The notes below the pieces were generated by a model. The model saw nothing but the letters and a program-made list of their open reading frames with translations, did no database searches and was not told the DNA's origin. The position numbers and the translations under genes are program-made. A stretch of DNA of 20,000 bases from an uncultured virus (IMG/VR IMGVR_UViG_3300028844_005666) (lineage: Duplodnaviria; Heunggongvirae; Uroviricota; Caudoviricetes), in IMG/VR virus record IMGVR_UViG_3300028844_005666. One strand, 5' to 3'. This document shows positions 1 through 8,368 of this stretch, piece by piece (positions within the stretch are counted from its first letter, which is position 1; every line of letters starts with the position of its first letter).

Positions 1-1486
1 CACCTGGTTTAATTTCAGGGCCCTTATAAGTATAAGTTACTTTTATTTCTGCAAATTCGCTAGATACAGTTACTTTATTTCCAGACTTTTTAAAATTTCT
101 TTCATTAAAGAAAAAATTTGTATCAGGTTTACGTACTTCTACTACTTGAATTTCTACAGGAGTCTTACTTAAAGTAACACTTCTAATTAATGGACCTGGT
201 ACTTTATCACTTACTCTACTTCCAGCTCTATCAATTTCAGTTAAATTTGGTGTTGAAGGTCTCATTGATGTTATTGATAACAGACCGGTCAATGCAGTTG
301 TAGGGTCAGTATTTTTAGCTTTAGTAAGATCAAAACTAGCTGGTAATCCAGGAATGGATCCTCCGGTTTTTTGTAAGTCTAAACCTTTATTAAAAGCACC
401 AGTTATATCCCCTGATGTTAAAGATTTAACTGCCCCTTCAACGCTAGTACCTGCTGCTGATTTATTAGCTAAATCACTCGCCATTGACATTGTTTTACCA
501 AAGTCAAGTTTACTTATATCTAAACCACCAGCTCCTGATGCACCTTGAAATTGTTTAAGAATATTACCTGCAGGTCCAGATGTGTCAGCTCCTTGTAATG
601 CATTGTTAATATCTGCCTGATGAGAGCCCATTAAACCTTTTACTTTAGCTGAATCTAGACTTTTCAAATCATTAGTAGTGAAATTTTTATCTTTAGTAAC
701 TTTAGCTAGAATTTGATTTATATCAAAGTTTCCATTAGCGCCTTTAGCAACAGATGAAGTACCCGGTACTGTATATTTTACTTTAACTTCTTTATACACT
801 TTTTCTTTATCAGGCTCACCAGGTACATATAATTGAACTACATTACCTATTAGTTTATAACTTCTTGTACCGAAGAAAATATTAGTTCCTTCTTTCATAA
901 CAAATACTTTTACTATTTGCAAAGGTGTGTCATCTAAGTTAACTGTACTTGTATTTTTATCTCTTTTTTCAACTACAACGCTACTAGGTTGTGGGGTACT
1001 TGCACCATACAAATTTTGCATTTCAGTTGCTTTAGCCATAAATGAATTTATATCTTTTACACCTTTTAATTTATCAACATCTTTTTGTAGATCAAAAGTT
1101 TTACTTCCATCAGGTACTAAAGATATGCATTTTATTACACCATACTCTTCAGCAGTTACGATTTGTTTTTCGCCACTTTCATCTTTAGTTTCTAATTTAA
1201 AATCAGTTACTAAGAAAAATATACTAGATCCTACTTTAGAAGCTTTTACTTCTTTTACTAAAAGTAAATTTTCAGGAACATCACAAGTAGTTCCTCCACC
1301 TTGAGTAGGTACTTCAATAACTTTTTGAGGAATCTTAAAACCTTTTTTAGCAGAGACTTTTTGCAAAAGACTACTTTGTTGAAGAGTGCCAAGCATAGAC
1401 TTGCCTAACTTCATATTGTTCATCATATCTTTCTGAACGTCTTTAATCTCTTCTTTATTTAAACTTTTTCCACAAACTAATGGCAT
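1..1486 (-). CDS. Probable virion/baseplate-associated protein with three copies of a ~55-aa beta-rich repeat; 3' end runs off the window
   Basis: Not in the ORF track because it has no stop in the window. Manual translation from ATG 1486 (MPLVCGKSLNKEEIKDVQKD...YTYKGPEIKPG) stays open to position 1. It starts 8 nt after the gp5 stop, so it is probably co-transcribed. Confidence 0.8.
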   Translation of the reverse strand, partial: MPLVCGKSLNKEEIKDVQKDMMNNMKLGKSMLGTLQQSSLLQKVSAKKGFKIPQKVIEVPTQGGGTTCDVPENLLLVKEVKASKVGSSIFFLVTDFKLETKDESGEKQIVTAEEYGVIKCISLVPDGSKTFDLQKDVDKLKGVKDINSFMAKATEMQNLYGASTPQPSSVVVEKRDKNTSTVNLDDTPLQIVKVFVMKEGTNIFFGTRSYKLIGNVVQLYVPGEPDKEKVYKEVKVKYTVPGTSSVAKGANGNFDINQILAKVTKDKNFTTNDLKSLDSAKVKGLMGSHQADINNALQGADTSGPAGNILKQFQGASGAGGLDISKLDFGKTMSMASDLANKSAAGTSVEGAVKSLTSGDITGAFNKGLDLQKTGGSIPGLPASFDLTKAKNTDPTTALTGLLSITSMRPSTPNLTEIDRAGSRVSDKVPGPLIRSVTLSKTPVEIQVVEVRKPDTNFFFNERNFKKSGNKVTVSSEFAEIKVTYTYKGPEIKPG

Positions 1487-1494
1487 TGTTCTCT

Positions 1495-2898
1495 CTAATT
1501 ATTAGGTGTTGAAGTTTCGGTTCCATGTAATGCGTGAGCAGGATCTGTATGAGTATGACTAGTTAGAGTTATACCTGTACCTCCTCCATTTTTAGCAGTT
1601 ACTTCACTTCCATTTCCGTTAAACGCTAATGTAGCTACTCCTGTTACGGTTTCATCTTTCGTTCCCGTTACAGTTTGAGTTTCATTACCTCCTATAGTAG
1701 TAGTGACATTAGTATCTACTTCTGTAATCATATTAGCAGGTGTATCAATCTTTATATCTTCTTTAGCAGTTACTTTATATTCACTTTCAGTAAAATTAGT
1801 AAACATATTTTTTGAATAGATATTAGTTCTATTATCTGTGTACAAGAAATAATCGCTATCTATGTATAAAGTATTAGTAGCTCCTACAGTAGTGTCTCTT
1901 CTTCTTACTACATCTCTTGTTTCATCATTACCTATTCTAGTAGCATAATCTTCAGCTATATTAGCAGAGTAATCTTGATCGATTTCCATATTAAGAGAGT
2001 TACCTATCTTAATTTGTTTATCTCCTGCAATATCTTCTGTATAATTACCATCTACTTCTAAGTGATAATTACCTTCTACTTTTAATCTCATATCTTTTCT
2101 GATAGTCATGTTCATATCACCTTTGACTATCATATTATTATCTTCAAAAATTACTTCAAAATTATCACCTACTACTCTTACAGTTCTAGTTCCATCTGCA
2201 ATTATTTCTTCATAGGTACCTGCAGTATGATATTGTAATAAACTTTCATTGTTAGGAGTATCATTTACCTCAAATATATGACCTCTTTCAGTTTCTTTAA
2301 CTTTATTATATGGATAGTCTGGGAGACTACCGCCGTAAGGGTATGGTTGATCCCACTTTACAGCTTCATAATAAGATGAATCTTTATCTGGAGCTACGGA
2401 TGTAACCTTAGGAGGTGATGCTGTATCTACACTTTCGACTCTTGTATTAAGTCTGTCTAAATGATTATCAGTTTCTTCTACATTAATTTTTTGAGCATTA
2501 AAAGGAACATCATTTTCTCTAGTACCTGGTCCTGCAACTCTTACAGGATTGACTCCCATAGGGTCATTGAATCCTTTAGTCTGATCCACTTCACCTGGAA
2601 TCTCTCCATGAAAAGTTCCCATAACAAACGGCTGTTGCATATTAGCACCATCAGTAAAGAAACCTACAACTGTTGAACCTTGAGCTATACCAGTAGGTGA
2701 ATCTCCTATACCTGCAACCGAAGCTGATGTAACAGGCATCATTACTTGTGCCCAAGGTAGACTATCAGTAGGTATTGCATTCTTATCAGCTGAGTGTATA
2801 CTATAACATCTTACTCTAACTCTCCCCATTTCCATAGGGTCGTTTCTGTCTTCTACTACTCCTATAAACCATGTAAAATTATTTCCAAAATAACTCAT
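1495..2898 (-). CDS. gp5: Baseplate central spike, T4 gp5-like (OB-fold plus beta-helix), with no lysozyme domain
   Basis: N-terminal WFIGVVEDRNDPMEMGRVRVRC...LPWA...VVGFF is the gp5 OB-fold. It also has the conserved YPYNKVKETERGHIFEVNDTP segment, VxG-type 8-residue beta-helix repeats and a C-terminal SHTH. Confidence 0.93.
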   Translation of the reverse strand: MSYFGNNFTWFIGVVEDRNDPMEMGRVRVRCYSIHSADKNAIPTDSLPWAQVMMPVTSASVAGIGDSPTGIAQGSTVVGFFTDGANMQQPFVMGTFHGEIPGEVDQTKGFNDPMGVNPVRVAGPGTRENDVPFNAQKINVEETDNHLDRLNTRVESVDTASPPKVTSVAPDKDSSYYEAVKWDQPYPYGGSLPDYPYNKVKETERGHIFEVNDTPNNESLLQYHTAGTYEEIIADGTRTVRVVGDNFEVIFEDNNMIVKGDMNMTIRKDMRLKVEGNYHLEVDGNYTEDIAGDKQIKIGNSLNMEIDQDYSANIAEDYATRIGNDETRDVVRRRDTTVGATNTLYIDSDYFLYTDNRTNIYSKNMFTNFTESEYKVTAKEDIKIDTPANMITEVDTNVTTTIGGNETQTVTGTKDETVTGVATLAFNGNGSEVTAKNGGGTGITLTSHTHTDPAHALHGTETSTPNN

Positions 2899-4103
2899 TC
2901 GTACGCTCCGTTAGATGCTGACTCCCTTATACATTGTAAAACTGTAAAAGATGTTTTACTTGTAAATACTTGTCTCTTTGACATAGTAACATATTTACCA
3001 GACAATGCATAGTCAGTTATATCTTGTCCTTCTCTAGGTGATGCTTGTGGTATTTTAATTTCAATTAATTGACCTATATCAGTAATAGGATTACCAGGAA
3101 TTGTGATATCTAATATATTGTTGCTTTTTCTATAATTAGTTTTTGTAATTCTACTTACGTCATTTAACTTATCTAATCTTTTAGCTTCATCATCAGAAAA
3201 TCTAGAAATAGAATCCATTCTCTTTCCTATTCCAGGTGGAGTATATTCGCCCCATAAAGACTTTTCATTGTCTGATTTTTCTTTGTTAAATTTAAATTTA
3301 TGTTCAATAGTTTGAAAAGATTTAGAAGTCGTATTATAATCAAATAATGAACCTGCTAAGTAACCATTCTTAGCTGTTTCTAATAAATCATAGCTTTGAT
3401 TAGCTTCATATTTGTTAATTGTTATCATATCAGATTTAGTTTTTTCTGTAGGGTGAAATTTTTCTGAACCATATACAAATTTTTGAGGTTCATCAGTAAC
3501 TGAATTTAATCTTTCTAATGGAGTGAAATTATATTTACCGAACGAATCTTGAAAAAAGAAAAATCTTGTATCTGATATTTTTGATTTTGCTCTACTAGCT
3601 AACCATAATATAGAATTAATTGGAGACCAATCTGGTATTATAACTGATTCTGAGTTTAAACTATCATCCCATAAACCTATTTTTTCAGTTGAGTCTTTGT
3701 GTTGGTTAAAAATATCTTTAGCTATATTACTTAAACTACCTTCGAAGTGTTTACTAATAGTAAAAAAATTAGACTTTATAAGTAAGGGTGAATAGCATTT
3801 TAAACTGTAACTTTGTTCATGATCATTATTTTCAATATCATTAATTGAACCTATAACAGCATTCCAAGTTTTAATTTCATTACCATATTCAATTTCAATA
3901 TTAATATTTTGTCCACCTCTTAGAGGTAATTTATTAATAAGGTTTCTATTGTCTCTTACAGTCACAACAATAGTATACGTAGGTTGAGTTACATATGCGT
4001 TTACGTTGATTTCTAGAACAAGTTTTGTGATATCAGCTTCTTTACCATCTTGTCCTTTAATATCAACTTTCTTTAACCTGTATGCGCCAACGTAATCACT
4101 CAT
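2895..4103 (-). CDS. Baseplate hub protein, gp27-like
   Basis: 402 aa between gp53 and gp5. Motifs IIPDWSPINSILWLA, FFFFQD, IPGNPITDIGQLIEI and LSGKY are typical of hub proteins of T4-like phages. ATGA overlap with gp5. Confidence 0.7.
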   Translation of the reverse strand: MSDYVGAYRLKKVDIKGQDGKEADITKLVLEINVNAYVTQPTYTIVVTVRDNRNLINKLPLRGGQNINIEIEYGNEIKTWNAVIGSINDIENNDHEQSYSLKCYSPLLIKSNFFTISKHFEGSLSNIAKDIFNQHKDSTEKIGLWDDSLNSESVIIPDWSPINSILWLASRAKSKISDTRFFFFQDSFGKYNFTPLERLNSVTDEPQKFVYGSEKFHPTEKTKSDMITINKYEANQSYDLLETAKNGYLAGSLFDYNTTSKSFQTIEHKFKFNKEKSDNEKSLWGEYTPPGIGKRMDSISRFSDDEAKRLDKLNDVSRITKTNYRKSNNILDITIPGNPITDIGQLIEIKIPQASPREGQDITDYALSGKYVTMSKRQVFTSKTSFTVLQCIRESASNGAYE

Positions 4104-4749
4104 TCAAGATCTTTCTTAGTTCATCGTATAATTGTGTAACAACTGTTTGTTTAAGAATTAAAATAGTCCTTTTACTCTCATTAAGATCTTCTTCGTATGA
4201 ACGAATAGATACCGGCGAAGCAGTAGGCGCGGTAATAGATCTTCCGAAAGCATCTTTTCTACTAGAATTGTTAACTATAAAATCGTACGTGTATTCATTT
4301 TTATTACTATCAACAAAATGATGAGGTCTAGCTGTAGCTTTATCACCTATTACTGTAGTATAATTGTTACTACTAGTACCCACAAAATCAATAAAGTTCA
4401 TAGTTTCTTGTCTAGTTAAAGTAACTGGATTACTATCAGAATCTTTTTGTACTTTATATTTTTGGTATAATTTTTCATCTAATGCAAAACCACTTAATGG
4501 CATATCTAGGTAAGGGCTAATCATATCATTAGCTAACATTACAGCCCAATGTAAGTTAACATCTCCGTAATATTCATTAGCTATAAGCTCAACTGTATCA
4601 CCATCTCTAATAGTATGGGTAATAAAGTTAGCTCTTTCATTCTTAACAGATTCAATAATAGCAGGTTTGATAGATATGTTTTTCAATTGTCTATAGACGT
4701 TATCTGGGAACTGATAATTTATATATGGAAATTGTTCAAAGTAAGCCAT
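4096..4749 (-). CDS. gp53: Baseplate wedge subunit gp53 (LysM-like)
   Basis: MAYFEQFPYINY start, IRDGDTVELIANEYYGDVNLHWAVMLAN LysM-like motif, and C-terminal YEEDLNESKRTILILK. Confidence 0.92.
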   Translation of the reverse strand: MAYFEQFPYINYQFPDNVYRQLKNISIKPAIIESVKNERANFITHTIRDGDTVELIANEYYGDVNLHWAVMLANDMISPYLDMPLSGFALDEKLYQKYKVQKDSDSNPVTLTRQETMNFIDFVGTSSNNYTTVIGDKATARPHHFVDSNKNEYTYDFIVNNSSRKDAFGRSITAPTASPVSIRSYEEDLNESKRTILILKQTVVTQLYDELRKILNE

Positions 4750-5780
4750 TATGGTGTTCCTGTTCCGTCAGGTGCTCTAAATGGAGTTGAGCCTGTATTA
4801 CCAGCTAAACCTCTGTTACTTCCACCAACTGTTTGACCTGCACCTTTAAGGTCAGCATTTAATACTCCACCTCCAAATGAATCTCTGAATAATGGTTCTA
4901 CTTCTGTATAAACTATATCTAAGTTTACATCCATTGGAGATCCGTCTGTATGTCTATGTGCACCACCAGCAGCTCCATAAGTTACATTCACTGATGTAAG
5001 AACAGATCTATTAGGGCTCTCTAAAAATTTATTTTCACCACCATACCACTTATAGTTTATATCCCACTGTAAAGGTATTTCTACAAATTGAAATTCACCA
5101 GCTGGATCTCTAGCAGGTAATTGATAGTACATAAACGAATCACATATCTTTTTAATAAGTTCTGATTCCATAGGGTCTTTAGGTGCAAATTGAAAGCTAT
5201 AGTTAAATGTTCTATGAGTCATACCTTGGAACAAAGTAAATGAGAAAGGATTAGTTACTTGACCTGTAGCAACCTGAACTACGTTTCCTGCAGCTCCTAT
5301 TAAGTCTGTAGCTGCACCAGCTAATAATTTTTTAATACCGCTTATCTGCTCATCTCTTCCTGAACTAGTTCCTAATGCAACAGCAGCTGCTCCTGTAGCT
5401 CCAATATTAGCTTGAGAATAATTAGCTGATTGAACTGCTAATAAATTTTGAGGCATAGGTAAAGATATATGACCATAAGTCTTAACACTATCTCTTCCTG
5501 TTTGCATTTTCATACCACTTACAACGCTTTTAAGCTTCCCAATATTTCCAGGTAGTTGATTTTTAATTTTATCAACGATACTATTTACCCCTGGAGCAGG
5601 TAAGTTAGGAATGTTAGGTATACCTAAACCACCAATACCACCACTAGCAGGATTCTTAACAGTCTTAGTTGCACCGAATTCTACTTGTCTTGGAAAGAAT
5701 TCAATTACACCTGGTATTTCTTGAGTACCCAATTCACCTGGGTATGAATAACTAAAATATCTTGGCTTAGATGATGGCAA
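4749..5780 (-). CDS. gp48: Baseplate tail-tube cap gp48
   Basis: ISLPMP, NPFSFTLFQGMTHRTFNYSFQFAPKDPMESELIKKI and VLTSVNVTY motifs. TTG start with AGGAG SD. TAATG coupling to gp53. Confidence 0.85.
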   Translation of the reverse strand: MPSSKPRYFSYSYPGELGTQEIPGVIEFFPRQVEFGATKTVKNPASGGIGGLGIPNIPNLPAPGVNSIVDKIKNQLPGNIGKLKSVVSGMKMQTGRDSVKTYGHISLPMPQNLLAVQSANYSQANIGATGAAAVALGTSSGRDEQISGIKKLLAGAATDLIGAAGNVVQVATGQVTNPFSFTLFQGMTHRTFNYSFQFAPKDPMESELIKKICDSFMYYQLPARDPAGEFQFVEIPLQWDINYKWYGGENKFLESPNRSVLTSVNVTYGAAGGAHRHTDGSPMDVNLDIVYTEVEPLFRDSFGGGVLNADLKGAGQTVGGSNRGLAGNTGSTPFRAPDGTGTP

Positions 5781-5788
5781 TATTGACT

Positions 5789-5814
5789 CCTAAATATATT
5801 ATAAGGTATTTATG
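5789..5814. promoter_or_regulatory. Divergent late-promoter-like boxes: CCTAAATA (+, 5789-5796) and CATAAATA (-, 5807-5814)
   Basis: TAAATA cores of the T4 gp55 late -10 box (TATAAATA), one per strand, in the short gap between divergent gp48 and gp4. Confidence 0.5.
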
Positions 5815-5815
5815 C

Positions 5816-6400
5816 ATGTATCACAAAGGAAAATTCACAGATATTAAACACCCCGACAAGTATGTAGGTGATATAAGAAATATTACTTACAGGTCTCATT
5901 GGGAAAGAAATGTTATGCGCTGGTTGGATAACAACAATGATGTTATTGAATGGGCTTCTGAAGAGGTTTCTATTCCATATCAACACCCTATCTACAATAG
6001 AAGAGCAAAATATTACCCTGACTTCTTTATGAAGTTTAAAGATGGTAAGATTAAAATTATTGAAGTGAAGCCTAAAGAACAAACTGAAAAGCCTATGCAA
6101 AATAAATCTAAAAGAATGACTAAAAAGTATGTTCATGAAATGATGGTATGGGCTGTTAATTGTGAAAAATGGGATGCGGCATTAAAATACGGTGAACAAT
6201 TTAATTATAAATTTGAAGTATGGACTCAAGATACATTAAAAGAAATGGGTATACTTAATTGGGAAACTGATAAGACTGTTCTTTTAGCAGAGAGAACAGC
6301 GTCAAATAAACCTAAACTTCAAAGTATATTTAAAGCTAAAAAGAAATATAAAACCAGTATATCTAGAAATAAAAGACCTAGACCTAAACGTAAGAGTTAA
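5816..6400 (+). CDS. gp4: Head completion protein gp4 (TnsA-like endonuclease fold) with a basic C-terminal tail
   Basis: YHKGKF...HPDKYVGD...ITYRSHWER...WASEE...IPY...YYPDF...IEVKP...NCEKWDAA signature. Start moved to ATG 5816 because the 5771 start overlaps gp48 and its SD. Confidence 0.92.
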   Translation: MYHKGKFTDIKHPDKYVGDIRNITYRSHWERNVMRWLDNNNDVIEWASEEVSIPYQHPIYNRRAKYYPDFFMKFKDGKIKIIEVKPKEQTEKPMQNKSKRMTKKYVHEMMVWAVNCEKWDAALKYGEQFNYKFEVWTQDTLKEMGILNWETDKTVLLAERTASNKPKLQSIFKAKKKYKTSISRNKRPRPKRKS

Positions 6401-6528
6401 TCTTTATTACATTTCACGCAGCTACATCCTGTGCATATATCATTAGGGCACTTTTGACATTCTTCGTTACAATGACTCTCATGTAAACATTTTTTGCATA
6501 ATGTATTATGGTATTGCTGAGAATCCAT
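6397..6528 (-). CDS. 43-aa Cys/His-rich metallothionein-like peptide
   Basis: Manual translation: MDSQQYHNTLCKKCLHESHCNEECQKCPNDICTGCSCVKCNKD (9 Cys, 3 His). GGAGAGGG lies upstream of the ATG. It fills the gap between the gp29-like gene and gp4 and is below the ORF-track size cutoff. Confidence 0.75.
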   Translation of the reverse strand: MDSQQYHNTLCKKCLHESHCNEECQKCPNDICTGCSCVKCNKD

Positions 6529-8185
6529 CTGGTCCCTCCCCGAAGTTATTTGTACTTTCATACGGTTTAATTTTTACTTGAGTTTCGTTTTTAGTCTGAA
6601 TTGAGTTATCAATATTATTATTTTGTGTGGTCTGTCCACTTTGCATTCTCTGTTGATCTTTTAATATTTGATTCTTCTGAGCATCAGTTAAGTTATCAGG
6701 AGATGCTTCATTACCGTCACCTATTTGATTTTTAGAACCTAGAATATATTTGTTAAGAAAACTCTTACCGCCCTCTGTATTCTTAGCTAGATCGTAAGCT
6801 GTATAACCTAGATCAGCAACCATTGCTGCAGTCATTAACCAACCTACACCAGGTACAAATAATCCAGCAGCTCCCATTGCTGCTTTTCTTAATATAGATT
6901 TACCAGCAACTTGTGCTGCTTTACTTGTTAAATTTTTACTTGCATTAGGAGTTAACTTTTTAGCTGCGTCTAATGCTGGATTAGTAGGTTTAGGTACATT
7001 CAGTCCTTTAGGTGCTGCTTTATTAGCATTGTAAGTTTGACCACCGACTTTTTTACCATCAATTGTAGTGCCGGCAGGATATTGTTTAATGTTTGGTTTT
7101 GGTTTTGTATTTACATTTGGTTTAGGATTAGACTTAGTTAATTTAGTGCTTAAGTCTTTACCTCTTTTCATAAACTTACCTAAAAGAAGACCTACTGCTC
7201 CTACCATACCTAATACTTTAAGTAAAGGCAAAGCTAAAAAAGCAACTAAAATAGCTGATAAAATAGGAAACTCTTTTACAAAAGCTTTTATCTTACCTAA
7301 TATACCATCAGCTTCAAATACTTTTTTTATACTTTTAAAAGTTCTTTCAAAAAAATCACCAATACCAGTAAAGAAATTCTTAATTTTTATAGCTAAAGCT
7401 TTTTGTTCTTCTTCGTCATAACCTAAAATGTTACCAATAACTCTAGTAAGACCTGATATAAGTATCTCTCCAAATGAAGCATTTTCACCAAACCATTCAG
7501 AAGCTTTTTTTAATCCTTCTAAAAATGATATAGCTGCAAAAGCTGCAGCGCCTCCTAGAATAGCAGTTTTAAAAGTGTCTTGTATACCTTTAAGTGCTTT
7601 AGTAATACCTGTTAAGTCACCAATTTTAGAAAATGTTTTTTGAATACCTAAGCTAGTCTTTTTTAAAGTTTCAAATACTGCATCTCTTTTCTTCTGTCTT
7701 TGAGCTGTATCACCAGCAGTATCGCCAGTAGGAGATGCTTTTAACTTTGCAGTTTGTGCTTGTAAATCTTTTTTAGTAATATCAGCTTCTTTACTAGCTG
7801 CATCAGCAGATAAAAATCTACCCTTATCATCTCTAGGATCAGGAGACTGTAATCTCTCAAGTTTTTCAGATAACTTTTTAACAGTATCAGCTAACTTGTC
7901 TCTTGTTTCTTTTTGTGCAGCTAACTTTTCAGGGGAAGCAGCTCTGTTGAGAGCTTTATCAAAGGCAACTGCCATACCTTTGAAAGTAGCATTCATAGTT
8001 ATATTAAAACCTTTACCTAATGCAGTCGACGCATTACCTGCTAGTTTATCAAAAGAAGGTTTAGATGACCCACTCCTTCTTTTTTCAGCAGTTTCGTTAG
8101 TATCTTTTTTAGAGTTTTGATAATTCTGCTCTTTAAGTATTCTAACTATTTCTTGTAAGGACTGTGCTTCGGTTTTATCTGCCAC
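6506..8185 (-). CDS. Probable tail tape-measure / baseplate hub protein (T4 gp29-like)
   Basis: 559 aa, Ala/Lys/Gly-rich and helical with several hydrophobic segments, and an Asn/Gln-rich end (TTQNNNIDNS). It directly follows gp26-gp51. GTG start. The call rests on composition and position. Confidence 0.65.
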   Translation of the reverse strand: MADKTEAQSLQEIVRILKEQNYQNSKKDTNETAEKRRSGSSKPSFDKLAGNASTALGKGFNITMNATFKGMAVAFDKALNRAASPEKLAAQKETRDKLADTVKKLSEKLERLQSPDPRDDKGRFLSADAASKEADITKKDLQAQTAKLKASPTGDTAGDTAQRQKKRDAVFETLKKTSLGIQKTFSKIGDLTGITKALKGIQDTFKTAILGGAAAFAAISFLEGLKKASEWFGENASFGEILISGLTRVIGNILGYDEEEQKALAIKIKNFFTGIGDFFERTFKSIKKVFEADGILGKIKAFVKEFPILSAILVAFLALPLLKVLGMVGAVGLLLGKFMKRGKDLSTKLTKSNPKPNVNTKPKPNIKQYPAGTTIDGKKVGGQTYNANKAAPKGLNVPKPTNPALDAAKKLTPNASKNLTSKAAQVAGKSILRKAAMGAAGLFVPGVGWLMTAAMVADLGYTAYDLAKNTEGGKSFLNKYILGSKNQIGDGNEASPDNLTDAQKNQILKDQQRMQSGQTTQNNNIDNSIQTKNETQVKIKPYESTNNFGEGPDGFSAIP

Positions 8186-8336
8186 TTTGCTTTGCTTCCC
8201 TCTCTAAGCGTTGGTTCTCTTCTTTAACGTGCGTTTCTAACATATGAAAGTATACATCCCTCTCCCACGGTAACATCATTTCTATCTCTTCAAATGACCA
8301 TTTATGAAACTGTACACACGCAAAAACATTTTTCAT
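8175..8336 (-). CDS. gp51: Short gp51-like baseplate hub assembly catalyst (53 aa from ATG; frame is open further upstream into the end of gp26)
   Basis: Manual translation MKNVFACVQFHKWSFEEIEMMLPWERDVYFHMLETHVKEENQRLEREAKQSGR carries the HKWSxxEIExMxPWERDVY signature of marine T4-like gp51. Absent from the ORF track. Confidence 0.85.
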   Translation of the reverse strand: MKNVFACVQFHKWSFEEIEMMLPWERDVYFHMLETHVKEENQRLEREAKQSGR

Positions 8337-8368
8337 AAATGTTACCAAGTTGATGTGGGCGAGGTTAA

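Noticed and set aside
354..4836. Plus-strand ORFs 354-548, 927-1304, 2461-2676, 2794-3012, 4082-4321 and 4615-4836
   Set aside because: They are antisense shadows of well-supported minus-strand structural genes, with no recognisable motifs.
5816..6400. TnsA-like nuclease as a transposon or homing endonuclease
   Set aside because: The motifs and context match core head-completion gp4; there are no terminal repeats or other transposition genes.
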